From Pseudomonadota bacterium (GTDB lineage Bacteria; Myxococcota; JACRCW01; JAFGSX01): a stretch of DNA of 18,420 nucleotides. A program made the translations under genes and the position numbers. Every line of letters begins with the position of its first letter. The stretch's first letter is position 1. Location: the NCBI GenBank assembly GCA_043821645.1, contig JBDRCO010000082.1, forward strand, positions 1 to 18,420, read 5' to 3'. The notes under the pieces are model-generated. The model was not told where the DNA came from and made no database searches. It worked only from the letters and a program-made list of their open reading frames with translations. Shown here piece after piece: positions 1 through 7,124 of the stretch.

Positions 1-2
1 AC

Positions 3-113
3 AACCTCGTCCACAGGTGCCGTGAGCTGCGGGCGCAGCCCGAGGTCATCTTCGGGCACACGCTCTTCGATTGGTGGGCGCACGCGGCCGGGGCAGAGCG
101 CGATGCGGCGTAA
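3..113 (+). CDS. 3' end of a CDS entering from the left edge (…NLVHRCRELRAQPEVIFGHTLFDWWAHAAGAERDAA*)
   Basis: Open frame from position 3 to TAA 111-113 with GC3-rich codons; the stop overlaps the next ATG (TAATG). Confidence 0.45.
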   Translation, partial: NLVHRCRELRAQPEVIFGHTLFDWWAHAAGAERDAA

Positions 114-421
114 TGGGATCAGTCAGTGAGATTCCGTATAACGACGCGGTGCGCAGCGACGTCGGCAAGCGCGTGATGGGCAGCGACTACGACCGTATCC
201 TGTACGAGAACAATGAGCCGTTTTCCTCGGCGGACATCGTCAGGGTTGAAGCAGATGGCAGTGCCGCAACCTGGAAGGCAATCGCGGTGGCGCCGGTGAC
301 GGTGCTTGAAGGATGTCCCTCGCGGGCTGCTGAAGCGTCGCATTCAGAAATTATTTTCCGCTGGTCGAGGGGCTCGCACAGCGCTGAACGTTGGCGTCGT
401 CAGTGGCCGCGTCGGTTCTAG
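113..421 (+). CDS. hypothetical protein, possibly degraded at the 3' end
   Basis: ATG 113 overlaps the upstream TAA. The first ~65 codons look coding (MGSVSEIPYNDAVRSDVGKRVMGSDYDRILYENNEPF…); the tail looks less so. Confidence 0.35.
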   Translation: MGSVSEIPYNDAVRSDVGKRVMGSDYDRILYENNEPFSSADIVRVEADGSAATWKAIAVAPVTVLEGCPSRAAEASHSEIIFRWSRGSHSAERWRRQWPRRF

Positions 422-680
422 ACCGATTCCAACCCGCACAGGGCGCGTGGTGTGGAGTACCCGCGAGGGGAAAGTTTTTCGTTCTCCCCCGACGGGGGCT
501 CCCAAGGGTCATTGCAGGCTGCGATTCTTGTCGTCTTGAAACGAGAGCCTGGGGGGACTATTTGTTGGGGCTCCTCCGGCAGCATGAGCAAAACAATACT
601 TCTCATCGAGTTCGACCAATGCATGCAGGGAGCGATCTCTCGCTTCCCCTATCGTTTCCGAGGCTGTATGCCTGCGTGTC

Positions 681-1409
681 ATGAAAACACTTACCGAGTT
701 CAATGGAACCCAGATCCGAATGGCGGCGAAAGCGATCGAGGAGGCGAAGCGGTCCCTCCCAAAGGACGGCCCACCCGCCCAGCCCTCAGCGGCCGCACCG
801 CCACCGCCGGCCGCCGCGCGAGCTGAGGCCGCCGCATCTGTCGATGATGCGCCCGCTGACACCACTGTCGGCATGACGGGCGCGGTGACCGCGGTCGCAC
901 CTTCGGCTGACAAGAAGCCGCCCGAATCGGTCGAAAGCGAGGAGGTCAAGGCCGCACTCGACGCCGCGGTGGCGGCTGCCACCGGTCTTTCAGGCGACCG
1001 GCTGGCGCGACTCCGCGATGCCGTCCATGCAGTTGCGCGGCGCCTCGAGGATGTGCGCCAGGTCCGCGTGTTCGGTCTCGAGGAGCCGGTCAACGGCGCC
1101 AAGACCATTGGCGAGTTCCAGTATCTGGTCGACTACAACCCCGGTACCGCAGGGCAGGACTCGGATCCGCGCAAGCGAGATCGCGGCGGCCGCGGCAAGG
1201 GCGGCGGAGGCCGCGGCTTCGGTCAAGGCGGTGGTGCCGGTGGCAGTGGCGGCGGAGCCAAGGCCGGGACAACCGGTGGCTTCTCGATGGACTCTCTGCG
1301 CGAAGACCGGAAGGGTGAGCGCGGCGGCGGGCGCCACGGTGGCGGTCGGCCCGGAGGTGGCGGTCGGCCCGGAGGTGGCGGTCGTCCGGGTGGTGGTTCT
1401 CCCAGGTAG
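681..1409 (+). CDS. hypothetical protein with Ala/Pro linker and Gly/Arg-rich (RGG-like) C-terminal tail
   Basis: 242-aa ORF with typical high-GC codon usage; MKTLTEFNG start, helical core, tail with RGGRGKGGGGRG and (GGGRPG)x3. Confidence 0.8.
   Translation: MKTLTEFNGTQIRMAAKAIEEAKRSLPKDGPPAQPSAAAPPPPAAARAEAAASVDDAPADTTVGMTGAVTAVAPSADKKPPESVESEEVKAALDAAVAAATGLSGDRLARLRDAVHAVARRLEDVRQVRVFGLEEPVNGAKTIGEFQYLVDYNPGTAGQDSDPRKRDRGGRGKGGGGRGFGQGGGAGGSGGGAKAGTTGGFSMDSLREDRKGERGGGRHGGGRPGGGGRPGGGGRPGGGSPR
1338..1391 (+). repeat. 18-bp coding tandem repeat x3 (GGTGGCGGTCGGCCCGGA) encoding GGGRPG
   Basis: Units 1338-1355 and 1356-1373 are identical; 1374-1391 is degenerate. Confidence 0.9.
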
Positions 1410-1479
1410 CGACGCCGCGACCGAAACGCTGCCCGTTCAACTTGTGCGCAGCTGGCGAATGGCGGTGGGGACAGAGCCG

Positions 1480-2470
1480 ACACCTCTGTGGGCGATCGTC
1501 GGCCGCGCTACGAGATCGAGGGCGGTCGTCGCTGAGGCTGGCTTGTGGACGCAAACAAGTGCCCCCTGTCGTCCACCGGTGACGACGACAACAACCCGGT
1601 CGGCCAGTCGGCGCTCGGGGATACAGCAGCGTGCCGTTGTTGCGCGCGAGGCTGTAGAACCAGGCATTCGAGGTGGGCGCGAAGGTGACGTGCACGACGC
1701 GGTCGGTGTCGACCAGAAGGCGGTGACGCCCATGTTGGTGACCCTCGTCAGTAGCACGTGCTCGTCCGTCCACTCCTTGGTCAGGTATCGAAAGATGACA
1801 GGCGGAAGGATGTCGAATCAGCCCGATCGAGCAACAACACCTTTCCGTCATGGCCGGCGGCAAAGCGATAGTCCCAGACGCCCGAGGTCGGAGAAGCCCG
1901 CTGTCCGCGTTGAGTACCTTGTAGACGTGGCCGCTGGCAGGCTCTCTTCCAACGGCGATGACGCCGTAGTTTGCGATGGGTGACGTGGCGGGCAGGTGGG
2001 CCTGACCTCGCAATGGAAAGTTCCCGGGTAGTTGACGCAGGGGCGCTCTGGCAAGCAGGTGTGGCCTCTGTCCTCGCCCGCGCACTCGTCCCAGTACACG
2101 CACAGGGTCCCATCGGCATTGCCGTCGTGGTAGCCAGGCGGGCACTCCCCACGGACAAAGGTGCTACTGCCGCTGCAACTCACCAGTAAGTCACTCGGTG
2201 GTGGCTGGCGGGGACGATCCACGCAGTCCAGGTATCCCGCGAACCCTGCCGCGCACGCGTCGCAGCTGTCACCCTGGTAGCCATCCGCACAGGCATATGC
2301 CCCGCTCGCGGAGTCGCAGGAGGTCGCGTGGCCATGGCAGGGATCTGCCTGGCAGAGATCCGCTGCGGCGTTGTCCACAGCGCCACCGTCCGTTGCCAAG
2401 CATCCATCAGTCTGCGCGTGTCCACGGCGGCAGCTCCCGCATCGAGCGCAGCAGCGGCGTCCTAGCTTGC
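1480..2470 (-). pseudogene. frameshifted, 5'-truncated EGF/Ca-binding EGF domain surface protein
   Basis: CQADPCHGHATSCDSASGAYACADGYQGDSCDAC (EGF/laminin-like) and DECAGEDRGHTCLPERPCVNYPGTFHC (cbEGF pattern) in ORF 1848..2753. Plausible coding continues in another frame (IANYGVIAVGREPASGHVYK…; RLLVDTDRVVHVTFAP…). The 5' side abuts an IS110 remnant. Boundaries approximate. Confidence 0.6.
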
Positions 2471-2479
2471 CACTCACGA

Positions 2480-3038
2480 TTGCCAGCACCACCCAACGCG
2501 CCATGAGGGCTTCTCCTTGGCAGGCTCGATCGCATGCGTATTGTCGTCGAGGCCAGCACCAAGTCGTTTTGGATGGCAAACCAGCTTGAGGCACTGGGGC
2601 ACGAGCCCGTCGTGGTGGGCCCTGGCCGCAAGAAGGCGATCGTCGCCATCGCGCGCAAGCTGGCAAGTGTGCTGTGGTCGATGTGGAAGCGAGAGAAGTC
2701 GTTCGATCCCATTTGTTCGACCTGGCGTGACGACGGAGAAATTTTAACGTCACCGCGGAGCCAAGGTGAAGTTTCGGCGGCCATCCACAGGATTGAGTGC
2801 GGCAGTTTCCATGTGTTCAAACGCCGAGTGGCTAATAGCACCGTTCTTTCGAAAACCAACCTGTGCCCGGGTATCAAGGCCCGACCCAGAGCACATGTCG
2901 ATGGCTGAGGAGACGCTCTCGACGACGACACCGGGGCTGCGCTGAACAAGTTGGAGGTCAGGAAGGGACGGCACGACAGCATTGCGATGGCGCGGGTGAG
3001 GTGAGGCTTTACTTGGCATGGCGGGCCGCTCTATCGAT
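2480..3038 (+). mobile_element. IS110/IS1111-family remnant, copy A: internally deleted transposase plus 3' non-coding end
   Basis: MRIVVEASTKSFWMANQLEALGHEPVVV (DEDD RuvC-like N-domain piece) joined to GRKKAIVAIARKLASVLWSMWK (IS110 C-terminal motif). 2724-3038 is homologous to 6704-7019. Left boundary approximate. Confidence 0.85.
2731..3038 (+). ncRNA. candidate bridge RNA/seekRNA region, copy A
   Basis: Non-coding 3' end of an IS110 transposase; colinear with 6711-7019; 35-nt identical block 2898-2932 = 6880-6914; imperfect stem 2789-2800/2838-2848. Confidence 0.55.
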
Positions 3039-3199
3039 GACACACTCCGGCGGGCTGGCGATGACCACATTGGTTTTTCCGGATCGCCTTGCTGGTATCC
3101 TTCGGACATGCGCGCATCAAGGCTCGGTCGACCGGTCACGCTCACCTGCAACCAACGAGAATACCTCGCGCAGCCCAGTTCAACCGGGAGGGACCTCCC

Positions 3200-3538
3200 A
3201 TGAGAAGAGCCTGGCGCGCCACCGCGATCATTGTCGTGACTCTTTTTCTCTCGACCCTCGGATACGTCTCTGTCTCTGCGTTCTATTACCGAATTCATCT
3301 CAACAACGACCCCATGGAGCACCGCTGGCGCAAGGCCAACGCTATGGGTGAGGCGCTGTGTCGCGAAGGACCGGTCGGGGCTGCGGTCTTTGCACTGGGT
3401 GGCTTGCTCCTGGGTTTCCGGATCACTCGTCGCCGGAGTGACTCCGCGTCAACGAAGCCCAAGGGCTCCCTGTCCGCCGGCACCGAGCGGGAAGAGGTGA
3501 TGGCAGCAAGACAGGGTGGTGCGGCCCCCCCCAAATAG
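3200..3538 (+). CDS. small membrane protein with two hydrophobic segments
   Basis: GGGAGGGA upstream of ATG 3200; hydrophobic AIIVVTLFLSTLGYVSVSAFYY and VGAAVFALGGLLLGF. Confidence 0.6.
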   Translation: MRRAWRATAIIVVTLFLSTLGYVSVSAFYYRIHLNNDPMEHRWRKANAMGEALCREGPVGAAVFALGGLLLGFRITRRRSDSASTKPKGSLSAGTEREEVMAARQGGAAPPK

Positions 3539-3666
3539 GTGCACCTGGAAAAATGGATGGCGTTACTTTTTGGTGCCAACTGGGCCACCATGCATCGGGC
3601 TGCAGAAAAGCACGCGCCCCGCAAGCGGGGCGCGTGGCGAGCATCGTGGGTCTGGTGGAAGCGCGG

Positions 3667-4977
3667 CTAACGCAGGTTACGCACTGCCGCCATCTGCATG
3701 TCGTGCATGCTCTTCATCACGTTCGAGAGCATCTCATACATCTTCTTCAGGTCTTCCATCAGCTTCTGCATCTGCATCTGCTTGAGGGCGTCCGAGGTCT
3801 TGTTCGGGTCTCCGAAGGCCCCCTGGGCCTTGGCTTGCTGGCCCTGCTCGGGGGTGAGGGCGCCCTGGTTGACCAGCTGATCGACCTGCTTGTTGTAAGC
3901 CTCGGTCTCGGCGGCAGTGGGCTGCCGCTGCGTCTGAACACCCGACTGCCCGAAGTCGCTGTTCAGCTTGGCCATCTGCATCTGCTTCAGGGTGTCACTG
4001 GCGTTCGGATTCGACATGATCTTGTTCGCGGCTGCGTTGTACTGGGCCTGCGCCTGCGGGTTGGCCGTCCCACCAGTGCCCCCAGCTGCCCCGGCTCCCT
4101 GTTCGGCCTGGGCACCCTGGGTGCCGTCCTTGCTGGACAGCTCGTTCATCTTGCCCAGGATCTCCTTCTCCTTCTTGCGCGCGTACTTCATCATCATCAG
4201 GAACAGCATGTCCTCGAAGCTGAGTGGCGGCGTCATGCCCATGCCCTCGGCGAGCTTCGAGGTCTCGGGATCGCTCAGCAGCGCCGCGTCACTCTGGGCG
4301 CCGGTGGTGCCCTGAGCGCCAACGCCATTCGAGCCGGTGGTGGCACCGCCCTTGGTCATGGACTGGGCCAGGTTCTTGATGTTGCCCTCGAGCCGTGCCA
4401 GTGCGCCGTACAGGCCGGACATCATCGGGTTGCCGGAGATCGCGCCGCTGAAGGGCACGCGGCCGAAGCGTGGCTTGAAGCGCAGAACGGTGATCTTGCC
4501 GTCGTTGCGGCCGTCGAGCTGGATGCGGCCGCCGAGGACCTTCTCCATGTGCGCGCGGAACGCCGGGTTGCGCTTGATCGCGCGCTCCATGCTGCGGCCG
4601 ACCATGCGGCCGACGAGACCCTTGCCACCCAGTTGCTGGCGGCTGGCCTGGAAGCTGCCGAAGGGCGTGGCGAAGCTCTGCCCCCACAGCTTGAGCCCCT
4701 TTGCCAGAGTCTTGCTGGGTGGCGGCATCCAGTGCGCGCCGGGTAGACCGCGGCCGAACACCCCGTCCATCTGGGTGCTGCTCATGCCCGAGGTCAGGTC
4801 CATCATGTTGCGGGCGTAGCCGGCCCAGTCCCCATTGGCGGCGTCGATCTGCGCGCCGATCATGTCGCCGATGTTGTCGGGCAGGCCCAGCGCATCGAGC
4901 ATGCGATTGGTCTGCATCCCGATGGAGCCCTCAGCCATGCGGTTCAGGCCGCCGCCGCCACCAAAGTTGCCGATCAT
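3667..4977 (-). CDS. Gly/Gln/Met-rich protein with type III secretion needle/filament-like C-terminal helix
   Basis: 436 aa, AGGAG RBS, strong codon bias. C-terminus QMQKLMEDLKKMYEMLSNVMKSMHDMQMAAVRNLR resembles SctF/EspA-type termini. No Sec signal peptide seen. Confidence 0.8.
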   Translation of the reverse strand: MIGNFGGGGGLNRMAEGSIGMQTNRMLDALGLPDNIGDMIGAQIDAANGDWAGYARNMMDLTSGMSSTQMDGVFGRGLPGAHWMPPPSKTLAKGLKLWGQSFATPFGSFQASRQQLGGKGLVGRMVGRSMERAIKRNPAFRAHMEKVLGGRIQLDGRNDGKITVLRFKPRFGRVPFSGAISGNPMMSGLYGALARLEGNIKNLAQSMTKGGATTGSNGVGAQGTTGAQSDAALLSDPETSKLAEGMGMTPPLSFEDMLFLMMMKYARKKEKEILGKMNELSSKDGTQGAQAEQGAGAAGGTGGTANPQAQAQYNAAANKIMSNPNASDTLKQMQMAKLNSDFGQSGVQTQRQPTAAETEAYNKQVDQLVNQGALTPEQGQQAKAQGAFGDPNKTSDALKQMQMQKLMEDLKKMYEMLSNVMKSMHDMQMAAVRNLR

Positions 4978-5032
4978 CGTGCTCTCCTGCGTCTGTGGAT
5001 GTGATCGTTCTAGTAAAACGTATCTTACCGCA

Positions 5033-5061
5033 TTATCGGTCCGAGATGTGGGTTGTCTTTA
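5033..5061 (-). promoter_or_regulatory. putative sigma28 (FliA/WhiG)-like promoter of the 436-aa gene
   Basis: Minus strand TAAA-N17-ACCGATAA versus consensus TAAA-N15-GCCGATAA, in an AT-rich patch ~55 bp upstream of the ATG. The spacer is 2 nt longer than consensus. Confidence 0.45.
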
Positions 5062-5213
5062 AAAAAATCAACAATTTCATGTGGTAGTTCCTCCTACCTG
5101 CGGTCCGTGCCCGGATCGGGCCAGAAACACACTAAAAATGCGCGACTTCTGGCGTGCCCGGGGTGCACCGAGCCTGCGGCACGGCACCAGAACGGGCGCC
5201 CAAAGAGGTGCAG

Positions 5214-5263
5214 GGAATAGGTGGCCCGTGGAATAGGTGGCCGTGGAATAGGTGGCTGGCACC
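5214..5263 (+). repeat. three direct copies of GGAATAGGTGGC ending in the imperfect palindrome GGTGGCTGGCACC
   Basis: Copies at 5214-5225, 5230-5241 and 5245-5256; palindrome 5251-5263. Confidence 0.85.
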
Positions 5264-5274
5264 GAACCGGGTGG

Positions 5275-5440
5275 CGCTGGTAAACGCACCGAGAAAGTAG
5301 ATGGCCGCGATCACCCGGGTGTCGAGCAGGCCGTGGTGGGCAGCAACCCCGGCACTGAGCAGCAGGGTCTCGCTCTGTATCAAGCTTCCGCCGAGCACAG
5401 CGAGGTAGCCATAGTGCTGGATCAGATCGGCCACGGTCAT
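5275..5440 (-). pseudogene. DedA-family membrane protein, N-terminal fragment
   Basis: MTVADLIQHYGYLAVLGGSLIQSETLLLSAGVAAHHGLL matches the DedA N-terminus (YGYxAV…EGETxLLxAG); GGAGAGG RBS. Similarity is lost after ~55 aa, next to the repeat cluster. Confidence 0.75.
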
Positions 5441-5500
5441 GACCTCTCCCGCGCGAGGATCATGTCACCTGAAACACATCGCCGCATGAGCACGCCAGCT

Positions 5501-5790
5501 GGTGCCATCGATAAACGACGGTGGGCTCGTGCCCCAGCGCTTCGAGCTGGTCCGCCATCCAGAAGGCCTTGGTGCTGGCCTCGACGACGATGCGCATGGC
5601 GCCGAGCTTGCCAAACACCTTCCTCAAAGCCTCTGGCTTGTTGCTGACCTTGCCCTCGCGCTGGACCTCGCGCTTCTCGTCGACGATACAGAAGTGACTC
5701 GACCTCTTGCCCATGTCCAGTCCACAATAGTTCAAGGTCGGCTCCTTTCCGCTGTGCCTCGAGCACGTTGCCCCCGGGAAAGGTGCCACC
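5501..5790 (-). mobile_element. IS110-family remnant, copy C: transposase N-terminus (TTG 5735) fused directly to the right-end sequence
   Basis: AAGGAG RBS, then LNYCGLDMGKRSSHFCIVDEKREVQREGKV…RIVVEASTKAFWMADQLEALGHEPTVV (catalytic D and E of the DEDD domain). It is followed at once by TTTATCGATGGCACC, identical to 7011-7025. Confidence 0.85.
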
Positions 5791-5844
5791 CGATTTTCAA
5801 CCTAGCAAAAACATACACTTACCCGTCCTCTTGCCCCCCATTCC

Positions 5845-5929
5845 CGGAAGAGGTGCCTGGCTCTCGGAAGAGGTGCCTGGCACTTTCCTCCGACTTTCCT
5901 CCGGGTGGTTACAGAGGGCTCTGTCCCCT
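5845..5929 (+). repeat. REP-like cluster: CGGAAGAGGTGCCTGGC x2, ACTTTCCTCCG x2, AGGGCTCTGTCCCCT
   Basis: 17-mers at 5845-5861 and 5865-5881; 11-mers at 5882-5892 and 5893-5903; imperfect palindrome 5915-5929. Confidence 0.8.
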
Positions 5930-5984
5930 GCTCTCTTGTGCAGTTCACTGCCACCACCAGGAGGACGAACGTGTCGGACGCGCG

Positions 5985-6428
5985 TCAGCCACCGGCGCCC
6001 TCAACGTCGTCTGGCGGATTCTTGAAGACACCCCCGTAGGCGTTTTCCCTGTCCACGATCAGCGGACGGCACTCGGTGACCGGCCCCCAGGCCTGCGACT
6101 TGGGGTCGTTCGAGGCCACCATCGGCAGACCTGCCTCCTGCCACCCCTTCACACCTTCCTCGTACACCTGGACATTGGTCATCCGAAGGTCTTGCAGGCG
6201 CACTGCGGCATCGGCTGCCAGGTGACACGCCCCACCGGCCGAGTAAACGACGACCAGCGAGTCCGGCTTCATGACGCTGGCAACCCGAAAGGTCAACGAA
6301 CCGAGAGGCGCGGTCATCGCACCTGGCAGGTGACCTTTCTCGAACTCCATGTCGCCTCGCACGTCAAACAGCGCCACCTTGCCGGTGTGCAGCAGCTCGT
6401 CCAGCCGCTCTGTCGTCATGTTGGTCAC
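5985..6428 (-). CDS. single-domain rhodanese-like protein
   Basis: LFDVRGDMEFEKGHLPGA, VVVYSAGGAC and VQVYEEGVKGWQEAGLP motifs; GAGGAGG RBS before GTG 6428. Confidence 0.9.
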   Translation of the reverse strand: MTNMTTERLDELLHTGKVALFDVRGDMEFEKGHLPGAMTAPLGSLTFRVASVMKPDSLVVVYSAGGACHLAADAAVRLQDLRMTNVQVYEEGVKGWQEAGLPMVASNDPKSQAWGPVTECRPLIVDRENAYGGVFKNPPDDVEGAGG

Positions 6429-6710
6429 GAAATCCTCCTCTGGACTCTGCGCCCTGTTGCCAGTGGATGTAGCTCAGGAGGGACAGGGCGGCAGCCGGCT
6501 GACGATCGAGATCCGGGCGAGGGTCCTCTGTGGGTCTGGGCCCCAGAAAAGGTGCCATCGAAAAAGTGGCTGCGTGACTGGGGTCTGGTGCTGGTCAAGC
6601 GCCTGGGCCGCAACAAGGCCATCGTCGCCATCGCGCGCAAGCTGGCGAGCGTGCTGTGGTCGATGTGGAAGAACGAGCGCGCGTTCGAGCCCATGTACGG
6701 CGTGGCGTGA

Positions 6711-7019
6711 CGACGGAGATTGCAGGTCACCGCGGAGCCCAAGGTGAGCCGTCGGAGGTCATCAAGAGGGTGGTGTGCGGCAGGTGCCATGGCAGGACAA
6801 CCGTGCCGATTGTGTGATGGCACCCACCCTTCGAATACCATCCTGTGCCCGGGCATCCAGGCCCGATAAAGAGCACCTATCGATGGCTGAGGAGACGCTC
6901 TCGACGACGACACCAGGGATCCGCTGAACAGGGAGGAGGTCAGGCAGGGGAGACACAGAACATAGCGATAGCTCGGGCGAGGTCAGGCTGTGCTTGACAT
7001 GGTGGGCCGCTTTATCGAT
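6711..7019 (+). ncRNA. candidate bridge RNA/seekRNA region, copy B
   Basis: 5' hairpin (CGACGG 6711/CCGTCG 6749; TCACC/GGTGA). Stem 6767-6778/6820-6830 encloses an internal loop containing AGGTGCCAT. A second domain has TATCGAT before hairpin GAGGAGACGCTCTC. Both loop motifs match the element junctions. Confidence 0.65.
6994..6999 (+). promoter_or_regulatory. outward-facing -35 hexamer (TTGACA) near the IS110 right end
   Basis: Perfect TTGACA 18 nt before the AT core; copy A has TTGGCA at the same place. IS110/IS1111 elements form junction promoters on circularisation. No convincing -10 identified. Confidence 0.5.
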
Positions 7020-7124
7020 GGCACCCTCTGTGGGCAGCTTTTGGGCTGGAAGTCATCACAGCCTGTCGGGTTTGTTCCCTCACCAGCACCCATAGTACAA
7101 TCAAGAGCCACGCCGGGAGGGTTC

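Larger units (their letters stand above)
6547..7029 (+). mobile_element. IS110/IS1111-family mini-element, copy B: transposase C-terminal stub plus full 3' non-coding end, bounded by imperfect inverted repeats
   Basis: WLRDWGLVLVKRLGRNKAIVAIARKLASVLWSMWKNERAFEP…VA* (stop 6710). AAAAGGTGCCATCGAAAAAGTGGC (6547-6570) is inverted relative to GCCGCTTTATCGATGGCACCCTCT (7006-7029) at 20/24 positions. Confidence 0.85.

Noticed and set aside
2731-2908. C-terminal extension of the 124-aa ORF 2534..2908
   Set aside because: A 2-nt length difference relative to copy B puts the original TGA (2728-2730) out of frame, so the extension is read-through into non-coding RNA sequence.
3553-4746. Long antisense/alternate-frame ORFs (3553..4746, 1018..1983, 8353..9270, 10311..11534, 15577..16791)
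   Set aside because: They shadow well-supported genes, as expected in high-GC DNA, and carry no recognisable motifs.
5214-5263. Possible mini-CRISPR array
   Set aside because: Repeats are 12 bp with 3-4 bp spacers and there are no cas genes.
5502-6710. 402-aa plus-strand ORF as a full IS110 transposase
   Set aside because: Only the last ~50 aa are transposase-like; the rest is antisense to the IS110 N-terminal fragment and the rhodanese.
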